Sequence record: SRR20825006_1472
Direction: 5' to 3' (one strand)
DNA length: 55,902 nt
Shown here one piece after another: positions 38,819 to 48,059 of the stretch (its first letter is position 1; the number at the start of each line of letters is the position of its first letter). Under the pieces are notes generated by a model. That model made no database searches, was not told the DNA's origin, and worked only from the letters and a program-made list of their open reading frames with translations. Position numbers and translations under genes: made by a program.

Positions 38819-39784
38819 ATGTCCATATCCCTCGATATGTTGGCCAGCAATCTAATGGCCCCCACCATTTTGTTTTTCGCGCTTGGTCTGGTCGCCGCCT
38901 TTGCCCGCAGCGATTTGTCCATCCCCGAAGGCGCAGCCAAGGTGATGTCGATCTACTTGCTGCTGTCCATTGGCTTTAAAGGCGGGGTCAGCGTAGCTGA
39001 AAGCGGCATCTCAGGCCAATTGTTGGCCAGCCTTGCTGCCGGCGCATTGCTCTCGTTGCTCTTGCCAATTTTAGCCTATGCGCTATTGCGCGCCATCACC
39101 AAACTGGACCGCATGAATGCTGCCGCAGTGGCCGGGCATTATGGTTCGATCTCCATTGTCACCTTTGTCACCGCCGCCAGTTTACTGGAAACAAGTGGCA
39201 TCGATAGTGAAGGCTATTTGGTGGCCGTGGCGGCCATTATGGAAGCACCAGCCATCGTTTCGGCCCTATGGCTCGCCGCACGCGACAAAAGCCAAACCAA
39301 AGTGGATGCCAATCTGGCACGCCATATTTTGGCCAACGGCTCAATCGTGTTGCTGGTCGGCGCGTTTCTGATCGGGGCGATCACAGGCAAACCGGGTTTG
39401 GCGCAAATCGAGCCCTTTATCGTGCTGCCCTTTACGGGCGTATTGTGCCTATTTTTGCTGGATATGGGCCTCACCGCCGGGCGCAGCTTGCTGTCAAACC
39501 GCGGTGACCTCTCCTTAGGCCTTTTTGTCTTTGGTGTGCTGATGCCTCTGATCGGCGCATTGATCGGCTGGGTGGTTGCCAAGCCGATCGGGCTATCTGC
39601 TGGCGGGACATTCTTGTTTATGGTGCTCAACGCATCCGCGTCTTACATCGCCGTACCTGCCGCCATGCGGCTGGCCCTGCCTCAATCAAAGTCCGGCATT
39701 TATTTGTCGCTGTCTTTGGGTGTAACCTTCCCGTTCAATCTCACCATCGGTCTACCCATCTATTTGGCCTTGGCCATGATGTAA
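38819..39784 (+). CDS. SbtA-family sodium-dependent bicarbonate permease
   Basis: YLLLSIGFKGG, HYGSISIVTF, FLLDMG, SASYIAVPAAMR and TFPFN. Confidence 0.88.
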   Translation: MSISLDMLASNLMAPTILFFALGLVAAFARSDLSIPEGAAKVMSIYLLLSIGFKGGVSVAESGISGQLLASLAAGALLSLLLPILAYALLRAITKLDRMNAAAVAGHYGSISIVTFVTAASLLETSGIDSEGYLVAVAAIMEAPAIVSALWLAARDKSQTKVDANLARHILANGSIVLLVGAFLIGAITGKPGLAQIEPFIVLPFTGVLCLFLLDMGLTAGRSLLSNRGDLSLGLFVFGVLMPLIGALIGWVVAKPIGLSAGGTFLFMVLNASASYIAVPAAMRLALPQSKSGIYLSLSLGVTFPFNLTIGLPIYLALAMM

Positions 39785-39790
39785 CCTTAA

Positions 39791-39816
39791 AGCAGGCACC
39801 AGCAATGGCGCCTGCT
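39791..39816. terminator. Stem-loop downstream of the sbtA-like gene
   Basis: AGCAGGCACCA-GCAA-TGGCGCCTGCT between convergent genes. Confidence 0.45.
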
Positions 39817-39925
39817 CTGTTTGATTGGGCCCAAAAATGTTAGCCTAAACACGGAATCGGCGCGGAAACGCAAAAATTTCGATCTGCTTTGTTCCAAAGC
39901 AACTCGCGGCCGAAGGCCGCGAAAA

Positions 39926-41236
39926 TTAGGTTTTGCCCGAAGCAAAAGATTTTTTGGCGCTGCGCGCATATACCCCAATGCCCACCACCAACCCTGCCAC
40001 CACAAAGCCCACAAAGGCGGCGAGATTTACGTCGACCATGGTGAACAGAAATGTGGACACAACGCCTAAACAGAGTGAGGCGATGATTGTGCGGGGCATT
40101 TTGTGGGGCACAAAGAACGTGGCCCACACAGCGGGCAAGAAAGCAACTAGCGCACTGAAGGCGGCGATAACACTTTGCAGCATATCGCCCAACAGCCACG
40201 CCAGAAGGCCGATAAACACAAAAAGCGCTGCCACCAGCAGGCGCAATTGCGGTACTTGCAATTGGCTGCGTTGGGCGCCGCTCATTAGGGGCATGATGAA
40301 GGTGTCGATGGTGGACATGATCACCGCGATCAGCAAAATATCGGCCAACCAAGGTGCGCTTTCCGGCATCAACGCACGCAAGGTACCACTCATATCGCCG
40401 ATGAGTGTGGAGTTCACGCCCAGCCAATAAATGATCAAATAGCAGATGCCGCAAAGCGGCGCGCCGATCAAAAAGCCCCAGCTGGCCACATTCAAATCTT
40501 TCGCCACCACCATGCGCTGCCAATTGTCCACGGCCAACACGGCGCTGACAGGGATAAACAACCACACGCCCACCAGAAGTGGCCAGCGATAGGGCCCCAA
40601 ATCCCAAAAGGGTGCTTGTGGTGTGGTTAAGGTGCCAAAATTGGTCAGAAACAAAGCGACCATGCCGCCAACGATCAATAGGGCTTGGAAAATATCTGTG
40701 CGGGTGGCCGCGCGATAACCGCCAAAGGCGGTGTATCCACCAGTCACCAAAGTGGAGAGCAGGATCGCCTGCCCCGTGCTCAGGTTTAAAATCGAGCTGA
40801 GCAAGGCGGCCAGTGCCAACAGCTGCACAGCGGCCCGCAACAAAAACACCGAAGCAATCGGCAACCACACGCCAAAGGGATGTTTGATATTGTGCGCCAG
40901 CACAATCAAATCCACCAAGCCCGATGCTCCATATTGCTGGGCAACACGCTGCACAAAGGGCGCCAAGAAAGCGCAGAGGAATAGGCCCAACATATAGGCA
41001 AGCGCAAGCGACAAGCCAATAACCGGGCTGGCTTGCGAAAACAACATGATCGCCACAAAAGTGCCCACACCCATATTGCCGCAAATCACGCCTGCAAGGG
41101 TGGCGGCAAAGCCGCTTTGACCATCATTAAAAATATAGGCATTGCGGCTGATGTCCCGTGCGCTCAGCAAGGCATAAGCCAATGGCCCAATCAACGCCGC
41201 GGCCAAAATCAGCCCAAACCAAAATTGACTATTCAT
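39926..41236 (-). CDS. Sodium:solute symporter-like membrane protein
   Basis: Many TM helices, YTAFGGYRA..RTDIFQ, WQR and MSTID motifs. Confidence 0.75.
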   Translation of the reverse strand: MNSQFWFGLILAAALIGPLAYALLSARDISRNAYIFNDGQSGFAATLAGVICGNMGVGTFVAIMLFSQASPVIGLSLALAYMLGLFLCAFLAPFVQRVAQQYGASGLVDLIVLAHNIKHPFGVWLPIASVFLLRAAVQLLALAALLSSILNLSTGQAILLSTLVTGGYTAFGGYRAATRTDIFQALLIVGGMVALFLTNFGTLTTPQAPFWDLGPYRWPLLVGVWLFIPVSAVLAVDNWQRMVVAKDLNVASWGFLIGAPLCGICYLIIYWLGVNSTLIGDMSGTLRALMPESAPWLADILLIAVIMSTIDTFIMPLMSGAQRSQLQVPQLRLLVAALFVFIGLLAWLLGDMLQSVIAAFSALVAFLPAVWATFFVPHKMPRTIIASLCLGVVSTFLFTMVDVNLAAFVGFVVAGLVVGIGVYARSAKKSFASGKT

Positions 41237-41350
41237 TCAAACCTGCCCCCATCGGCGCCACCTTATGCGCAAACAGGATCATGCGTCTAGCCAACCCAAG
41301 GCTTCAGGCCGACAGAATTTGGGCCCATTGGTGCCAATAAACTTGTTTGT

Positions 41351-41368
41351 CCACCCCATTTGGGGGAG
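41351..41368 (+). promoter_or_regulatory. Putative activator box 2
   Basis: CCACCCCATTTGGGGGAG upstream of lemA; CATGGA 23 nt downstream. Confidence 0.55.
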
Positions 41369-41429
41369 GCCAAGGCCCCTCACCTGCGGCATGGAGGAAG
41401 CGCGGGGGGCTTTTGCTCAGAGGGAATTT

Positions 41430-42005
41430 ATGTTCAATCTCATCATTGGTGTTGTGATTTTAATCGGCGGCTATGTCTATTTGCAAAATCGGCTTGCTGC
41501 CGCCAAAAACGCCGTTTCAAACGCCTATGCAGGCATTCAGGTGCAATTGAAGCGGCGGCATGATTTGGTGCCTGCCTTGGTGGATGCAGTGCGCAGCGCC
41601 ATCAAGCATGAAGAAAAATTATTCGACCAAATCTTGGCGGTGCGCCAAGAGGCAGTGACTGCGCTCGATCAAGAAATTGAAAAGGTCGAAGTGGCAGAAG
41701 CAAGTCTAACCCAAGGCTTGCGCGACTTTTTCGCCTATGCGGAAGATCATCCCGAAATCACAGCCACGCAAAACATTTCTGAACTGCAAAAGCAATTGGA
41801 AGAAACAGAAGATCAAATCGCTGCATCGCGACGGCTCTATAATGGCAATGTGGAGCGGTTTAACACGCAATTGGATGCGATCCCGTCCAATTGGGTGGCG
41901 CAAACAATGCGGTTGGAAAAAGCGCCCTTCTTCGGCCTGAGCGCCAGTGAAGCAAAGTCCGCTTCGCATATGCCAAAGATTGATCTGCCTGGTGCCCAAT
42001 CATGA
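41430..42005 (+). CDS. lemA: LemA family protein
   Basis: N-terminal TM, IQVQLKRRHDLVP.LV and LEETEDQIAASRRLYN; start placed at MFNLII. Confidence 0.9.
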   Translation: MFNLIIGVVILIGGYVYLQNRLAAAKNAVSNAYAGIQVQLKRRHDLVPALVDAVRSAIKHEEKLFDQILAVRQEAVTALDQEIEKVEVAEASLTQGLRDFFAYAEDHPEITATQNISELQKQLEETEDQIAASRRLYNGNVERFNTQLDAIPSNWVAQTMRLEKAPFFGLSASEAKSASHMPKIDLPGAQS

Positions 42006-43033
42006 GCAAAGCGCGTACCCATTGGGATCCGATTGAGGGTCAAATCAGCATTAAAACGCCTGACCTTTCCACGATCAAGCAAGGCATTGCTTTGCCCATG
42101 TGGTTGAAGCGGATTCTACCGCTCGCCGCGGCACTGAGCTTTGTGGGCGTCATCATTGAAGGCATGGTGGTTGGCAGTTTCCCCATTTACAGCACGGTGG
42201 CGGCCACCGTTTTTATGGGCGCATTTCTGCTGGCCGATCATTTTGAAAATGAACATGGCCGCAAAACCATCAGGCGGGTGAAACTGGCGCATAGCCAAAA
42301 TTGGAGCTACACCCCCGATTTGATGGAGCGGCAATTGAACTATGTGGCGTCGAGCACCAGCGACGGCATTGAACGCCGCGCCACATCTGTCAAATCTGAA
42401 CGGGCCGAAAAGATTGAGGCCGAAGTACCCGAGCTCACCAAAGTGCAAGTGGGCGCCTATGTTGGGGCTTATTTTGACGGGGAATTTTGGGGCGAAAGCC
42501 GCGAAGACAGTTTGCCTTTTTGGCTCGCCCTTGGCTCCATGCAAATGGAAGCTGGGCTAGCGGCCGACCCCAATTTACGCCGCGATAATTTTGGCGGCCA
42601 AGGGGGCTATGGCCAGTTTTTCAGCCTACTTGGTGCCTATAAAATTGACCGAAAAACCGGCGTGCGCGTGGTGATCCAGCCAGAAAACATTCTGCATAAA
42701 GGCCCGTTGGACCGCGACATCAAAACCGAAAGCATGGACTTCAATGATCGGTTTAACATCGCGGGGCGCTATTTGGATAAAGGCCAATCCCAGCACACAC
42801 CCGACTTGGAAGTGATGCGCATTTTAACCCCGGCAACGCAAGATGCCATGTTGGCGCTGCACCATCGCTATCACAAGGTGGGCTTTGTGCTGGATGATGA
42901 TGTGCTGTATTTCATGGCGCAGGACAAGTTGGTAGGCAAAAATGCCATGCCTGATCGCATTGATGAATTGCTGTGCGAGCTATCACGCGAATTTGAAAGC
43001 GCCAAATTGGGCATCAAACCCTATATCGAATAG
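42002..43033 (+). CDS. Hypothetical two-TM membrane protein (LemA partner, possibly DUF3137-like)
   Basis: ATGA overlap with lemA; ESMDFNDRF and RILTPA motifs. Confidence 0.6.
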   Translation: MSKARTHWDPIEGQISIKTPDLSTIKQGIALPMWLKRILPLAAALSFVGVIIEGMVVGSFPIYSTVAATVFMGAFLLADHFENEHGRKTIRRVKLAHSQNWSYTPDLMERQLNYVASSTSDGIERRATSVKSERAEKIEAEVPELTKVQVGAYVGAYFDGEFWGESREDSLPFWLALGSMQMEAGLAADPNLRRDNFGGQGGYGQFFSLLGAYKIDRKTGVRVVIQPENILHKGPLDRDIKTESMDFNDRFNIAGRYLDKGQSQHTPDLEVMRILTPATQDAMLALHHRYHKVGFVLDDDVLYFMAQDKLVGKNAMPDRIDELLCELSREFESAKLGIKPYIE

Positions 43034-43142
43034 GCTTCATCACAGATTTACGCGCGGTTGCAAATGTGAATTTTGCAACTAATTTCGCGCGCCCTCTTCA
43101 AACCAAAGGTCACTCGTGCCAAATTGGCGCCGGAGGACATGT

Positions 43143-44933
43143 ATGGATTATCGTCTTTTGCCCCAAAAGTCGGGGCCAACCCTTTTATTTCGTCAGTGGA
43201 AACCTTCCACAAGCAGCGCGGAACGCGCCGTTTTTTTGGGCCATTCCCAACCCACCCATTCGGGCATGTTGGGACCGTTGGCTGAAGGTTTTCAACGCCA
43301 AGGCTGGCATGTTTTTTCCGGCGATGTGCGCGGCCATGGCCGCAGCACCGACGATGCGCATATTTTGGGCCATTTGCCTGCCAAAAGCGGATGGCAAGAC
43401 GCGGTGGCGGACATGCGCCACTTTTTGGAAAAAAGCTTCGAGCATATTGCATGGGAAAACCGCATGGTGGTGGTGCCCAACATCACCGCCCTGCTGACCC
43501 TTGAAGTGATGAAAGACTGGCCAGACCTCGCCAAACATATCGTGTTGATCTCACCGCCGCCAAACCAGAAAACCCTTGCCCTTTTCGGCAAAGCGTTCGC
43601 TTTGGCGCGCATGCGGATGAGAAAACCCGATGCGCCGGACGAACAGCCGCTTCATCACCTCTATGCCTTTTTGGGCAGTCATTTGAAAGACCGCAACCAC
43701 CCGGCAGATGTGATGAGTTCGGACCGTGCATTGATCCAAAAAGTGGTGAACGACCCTTATGGCTGGCCGATCCCAACGCCCGCCTATTGGTCGAATATTT
43801 TTGAAGGCATGCTTTCGGCCTGGCGCTGGCCGAAAGACGCCCAGATGAAACCAGGCACGCGGTGCCTAATGATGTTTGGCGGCGAGGACGCCATGTTGCG
43901 CGATGGCGGTTTTCTCGCCCCGATCGAACGGTTTCTGCATCAGATCGGCATTGATGATGTGGCTTCAGAACGGGTGAATGGCGCGCGTTCCGCTTTGTTT
44001 TTGGAAGAAAATAAATATCAGATCAGCAAGCGGGTGTTGGATTGGGCCGAAGGTACCCATCGGCCGCAGGCGGACCATGAAGAAATGGCTGTTGCCGATT
44101 TGGCCAGCAGCATGATTACCCATATGGGCACGGCGCAAAATACAGAGCTTGGGGCCAGCGAACTGGTAGAGCTTTGCTACAACGCCATTGACGATGAAAG
44201 CCGCTGGACCGAGGTGATCTATCGCATGATCTATGATGCAGAGCTTGAAGGCGATGTGTCAGAAGAAGATATGCAAGCGCGGATCAGCCAATTAATGCCC
44301 CATTGGGAACGGGCCTTTACCCTCAACCAGCAGGTGATGATGAACGCCACTTTGGGCATTTTGCTGCAAACCGTGGTGGAGAAACTGCAAATCGGCGTCG
44401 CGATCTTAGACCGTGATGGAGAACTGCTGCACGCAAACGAAACCTATCGTTCGCTGCTCAATCATCTCTTCCCAGATATAGCGGCTCAAGGCAATCAGGA
44501 TGGCTATGACCATCGGGCCACACGGCTTTTATTGGCCTCTGCCAATGATGACGAAGCGGGCAAGGACCGCGTGATCATTTTTCAGGAAAAGCCTGTCGGC
44601 TTTCAGTTTTACCCCCCTGCCCTGCACCAAACCGGGTTGCAGCGCAAAAAGCCTGCTTCCATTTTGATCGCACGCAGTGGCGCAGAATCTGGCGAGATCA
44701 GCAGCGATAAAAAAGTGTTGGCAGAATTGGCCTATGGCCTAACGGGCAAGGAAGCCGAGATCGCATTGGGCGTGGCAGCGGGCCAAAGCTTGGATGAAAT
44801 CGCCGAACAGTTAGGCATTTATGTCAGCACCGTGCGCGGCCACTTAAAAAAGAGCTTTCAAAAAGTTGGGGTGCACAGCCAGGCGGAGCTTTCCGCCCGG
44901 CTTATGTCCGGCCCCATTGGCTGGCTCAAATAA
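43143..44933 (+). CDS. Alpha/beta-hydrolase-fold (degenerate) plus PAS-like plus C-terminal LuxR HTH regulator
   Basis: GGAGG RBS, DVRGHGRS lysophospholipase-like N-terminus, YGLTGKEAE..TVRGHLKKSFQKVGVHSQAEL HTH. Confidence 0.85.
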   Translation: MDYRLLPQKSGPTLLFRQWKPSTSSAERAVFLGHSQPTHSGMLGPLAEGFQRQGWHVFSGDVRGHGRSTDDAHILGHLPAKSGWQDAVADMRHFLEKSFEHIAWENRMVVVPNITALLTLEVMKDWPDLAKHIVLISPPPNQKTLALFGKAFALARMRMRKPDAPDEQPLHHLYAFLGSHLKDRNHPADVMSSDRALIQKVVNDPYGWPIPTPAYWSNIFEGMLSAWRWPKDAQMKPGTRCLMMFGGEDAMLRDGGFLAPIERFLHQIGIDDVASERVNGARSALFLEENKYQISKRVLDWAEGTHRPQADHEEMAVADLASSMITHMGTAQNTELGASELVELCYNAIDDESRWTEVIYRMIYDAELEGDVSEEDMQARISQLMPHWERAFTLNQQVMMNATLGILLQTVVEKLQIGVAILDRDGELLHANETYRSLLNHLFPDIAAQGNQDGYDHRATRLLLASANDDEAGKDRVIIFQEKPVGFQFYPPALHQTGLQRKKPASILIARSGAESGEISSDKKVLAELAYGLTGKEAEIALGVAAGQSLDEIAEQLGIYVSTVRGHLKKSFQKVGVHSQAELSARLMSGPIGWLK

Positions 44934-45350
44934 TTATCGATTGTTGCAATGTAGGTCTGATTTCAGATCATAAACCCGGTGCATTTTGCCCTGCGCCACA
45001 TTGATCACGCGGTTGCCAACATAGCGGTTTGTTGTTGGGTTTCTGCATGTCAGTTTGATCCGCACTTTGCGCTTCACGCTGCACCCCACAATTTTATAGG
45101 TGATGGTGCCACTCACTTGCTCGCCCGCCTTGATCGTGTCGAAACGCCCGCCATAGGTGATTGGCGCTTTGATGCCGCCTGAATACCATGTAGCGTTCGC
45201 GCGGGTGCGCGATTCAATTTTAAACCGAATATCAGTGTCCGTGACGTTTTTAAACACATAGTTTTTAACGCAATCTGCCGCCACCGATGGTGCCGCAAAC
45301 CCCAGAATTGAAAATGCTGTAAAGGCCGCGCCCAGTGTCAATTTTTTCAT
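44934..45350 (-). CDS. Small basic secreted protein
   Basis: GGAG RBS, signal peptide MKKLTLG..VAA, K/R-rich mature part with four Cys. Confidence 0.7.
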   Translation of the reverse strand: MKKLTLGAAFTAFSILGFAAPSVAADCVKNYVFKNVTDTDIRFKIESRTRANATWYSGGIKAPITYGGRFDTIKAGEQVSGTITYKIVGCSVKRKVRIKLTCRNPTTNRYVGNRVINVAQGKMHRVYDLKSDLHCNNR

Positions 45351-45416
45351 TTGTCTCTCCTCTAACCGCCCCCGGTCTGAACTGAGACCAACCTATTGGC
45401 GACAAAGGCATTTGGC

Positions 45417-45434
45417 CTCTCCCAAATGGGTGAG
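45417..45434 (-). promoter_or_regulatory. Putative activator box 3
   Basis: CTCACCCATTTGGGAGAG on the minus strand; TAGGTT 23 nt downstream. Confidence 0.65.
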
Positions 45435-45435
45435 A

Positions 45436-46128
45436 TTATCGACAAACAATGTAAGAAAATGCCGTGCATTGGCCCTGGCATACAGCGGCGATGTTCACAG
45501 CGCGGGATGTTGTGGTCAGGCCAAAACATGCGGCCTTAGATTTGCGCTGAATAACGCAAATGGGATTGGCGGCAGGCAACCCACAATTTTCCGACGAAAA
45601 GCCCTTTTGGTCTAGGCAAACGCTGACGCCAGCTGCCTGTGCGTGCGGAAATTTAGGGTTTTTAATCAACCAACCTGCGCAAGGCTTTTCGCTATAGCCT
45701 TCGAGATTGGTGAATTCGACGGGATGATCACCCGATGCGGCAGTTTGGTCAGGTTCAAATAAATCAATTTCCTTCTGGTCCGTTTCCGAACCGTCAAACA
45801 AATCGATCTCCTTGGTGGGTGCCTCATCACCGTCGAAAAGCTGGATGGCGCTATCCTCGCCATCCTTGTCAAGTTGGGCCGGGTTTTCCGGTTCGCCAGG
45901 TTCGGGAAATGCATCGTCAAAATAACGATCAGGATATTTCTGAATGTAAAGGTCGGTTGCCTGATCTTGCGTTTCCACCCCCAACAACACCAAGGCGTCG
46001 TCGGCATCTACTCCCAAACCTTGGCAGCCAAATCCCGCCGCGCATCGCAAATGGTCGGCACTTTGGGCAAGAGCTATTTGGCCCATGCCAAGCAACGCGA
46101 TGAACAACGGCGGGATCAGCCGGGTCAT
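45436..46128 (-). CDS. Secreted acidic protein with Cys-rich C-terminal domain
   Basis: Signal peptide, three 13-aa repeats (I.LFD/E), CG..AA..C..C..C Cys cluster; ATGA overlap with the upstream gene. Confidence 0.7.
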   Translation of the reverse strand: MTRLIPPLFIALLGMGQIALAQSADHLRCAAGFGCQGLGVDADDALVLLGVETQDQATDLYIQKYPDRYFDDAFPEPGEPENPAQLDKDGEDSAIQLFDGDEAPTKEIDLFDGSETDQKEIDLFEPDQTAASGDHPVEFTNLEGYSEKPCAGWLIKNPKFPHAQAAGVSVCLDQKGFSSENCGLPAANPICVIQRKSKAACFGLTTTSRAVNIAAVCQGQCTAFSYIVCR

Positions 46129-48059
46129 TGCAATTGCTCAATCGCAAATTGATCGACGAAATAGTGGCTTTCGCCCGGCGCACCGCCATTCCATTGACCA
46201 AGGAAGAAGCTTGGCTGGCCAGAAAGGCGCAAGCTGGTGATTTCTTCGCTCTCCACCGTCACACTTTGGGCCGGATTGTCGCCCATGGCGGGCACATTCA
46301 GCGTAACCGATGCCGTCAGCTTCCGCCCGCGTCGCTTGAGGGTTAGCTTCGCCCCCTCATCCGCCAGCATCTGCAAAATTTTGTCCGCATCCGCGCGCGG
46401 CCCGGCACTGCAAATATTATCGATCACTGGCCCATCAAACAGCACAGATTTGAACTGCGTTTTCTCCGGCTTTTCACCTTCAGCACCTGCCACCTTGATC
46501 AAAGAGAGATTGATGCTCGGGCCGCAGCCTTTCCATTCAGCCCATAGCAGTGCGCCAATTTGATTGGCCGCATTGTCATAGAGCGATAGCCAAGCATGTT
46601 CGCTCCCCGTTTGAATGGGGAACCGCACCTGCATCGTCAGGTCAAAATCACCGTCCGGCAAAGGCTTATCCAAAATATAGCGGTTTTGTGCCTCTGCATG
46701 ATCGTAGAAATTGTTGCGCCCAAAGGCGGAGACGAAAATCTCCCCTGCCCCATTCAAGGCTTTGGCATCTGCCAATTCCTGCTCTATTGACCACGCCGCA
46801 TCAAGTGCTGGACCATCAAAATTTTCTTCGAAATATTTGCTGGCCACCGGCTCTGGTTCTGGCGCGGGCGCTGGTTCTGCTGGTGCCTCTGTGTCCGCAA
46901 CGGCTTGCTCCACCGCGTCCACAAACTCATCGGCATTGGCCGCAGCATAATAATTGCCATTGCCATTATCCGCGATACATTGCAGCGCCTGTGCTTCTTC
47001 ATCGCTCAGGTCAAAGCCAACCACATGCACCCGCGTATCCACGCCCTGCGCCGCCAATTCAGCCGCCGCCGCACATGGATCGCCGCCACATGTTTCCAAA
47101 CCATCTGAGATCAGCAAGATATTTGCCCGGCGATCTGCGCTCGGGAAAGCGCCGGCCGCTTCCGCCAACGCACCTGCAATTGGCGTTTTGCCACGCGGGC
47201 TTACGCCATCAATAGCAGGGCCCATTTGGCCTGAAGCATGGTCCGCAACAGGCATCAAAATTTCTGTGTCAGCACAATCACCTTCGCGCCGATGGCCATA
47301 AGCCATCAAGCCCACGCGTGTGGTCGACGGCAAATCGCCAACAAGGCCCTTAAGCGCCTGTTTGGCGGTGGTGATTTTCGCCACCCCGTCAATCTGCCCC
47401 CACATGGACCCGGAGCCATCGAGAATAAAGAGCAAATCGCTCCCCTCCCCCGGTTGCCCATTGCCCGGCAGGTCCCCTTGCTCCATGCCAACCTGCTCAT
47501 CAGGATCGTCCATCTCGGCATCCGCCATGTTCAAAGTGGTCTCAGTCCCATCATTTGGCGCATATGAAATGCCCATTTCGCGCATCGCCTGCACAAGGGA
47601 CCAATCGTCCGTCTCGCAATAAATATCGCTAATCTGCCATTCTTCCCCTGGTTTCCACTGCACCAAGGTGTAAAGGGTCGATGTGGGGCGGCCAAAATTG
47701 GTGAAGTTCACCCGCACTTGCGCCGCACCGCGCAACATTGGCAATTCGGGGTCTGGCATGATCTGCAAATCTGCAATTTCAGCATCCTGCCCGCAAAATA
47801 CCGGATCAGCGCCCAATTGGCCCTGCAGCCCATCAATGGCCAAATCATCGACCATATATTTTTCCGCCGCCTTGGCCTCATTGAGCAATGGCTCATCGCC
47901 CGCGATAAAGCGCGTGGAGTGATCAGCGAAAAAGAGCCGCACCATCTGCACAGCACTGTCCATTTCCGCCTCTTGCGCCTGTGCCACACCGCCCAAACCG
48001 AGGCTCAACGCACTGATGGCCAAGAATGATGATGTTTTGTGAATCAAATCTTTTATCAT
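46125..48059 (-). CDS. Secreted multidomain vWA protein
   Basis: Signal peptide, DUF3828-like N-domain (ADP...QD..WQISDI), DGSGS MIDAS vWA, PA/PE linker, C-terminal beta-sandwich-like domain. Confidence 0.82.
   Translation of the reverse strand: MIKDLIHKTSSFLAISALSLGLGGVAQAQEAEMDSAVQMVRLFFADHSTRFIAGDEPLLNEAKAAEKYMVDDLAIDGLQGQLGADPVFCGQDAEIADLQIMPDPELPMLRGAAQVRVNFTNFGRPTSTLYTLVQWKPGEEWQISDIYCETDDWSLVQAMREMGISYAPNDGTETTLNMADAEMDDPDEQVGMEQGDLPGNGQPGEGSDLLFILDGSGSMWGQIDGVAKITTAKQALKGLVGDLPSTTRVGLMAYGHRREGDCADTEILMPVADHASGQMGPAIDGVSPRGKTPIAGALAEAAGAFPSADRRANILLISDGLETCGGDPCAAAAELAAQGVDTRVHVVGFDLSDEEAQALQCIADNGNGNYYAAANADEFVDAVEQAVADTEAPAEPAPAPEPEPVASKYFEENFDGPALDAAWSIEQELADAKALNGAGEIFVSAFGRNNFYDHAEAQNRYILDKPLPDGDFDLTMQVRFPIQTGSEHAWLSLYDNAANQIGALLWAEWKGCGPSINLSLIKVAGAEGEKPEKTQFKSVLFDGPVIDNICSAGPRADADKILQMLADEGAKLTLKRRGRKLTASVTLNVPAMGDNPAQSVTVESEEITSLRLSGQPSFFLGQWNGGAPGESHYFVDQFAIEQLQ

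Noticed and set aside
39840-41084. 414-aa alternative-frame ORF and other long shadow ORFs (e.g. 25883-26734, 31092-32015, 22174-22845)
   Set aside because: They overlap well-supported genes in another frame or strand and have no recognisable motifs
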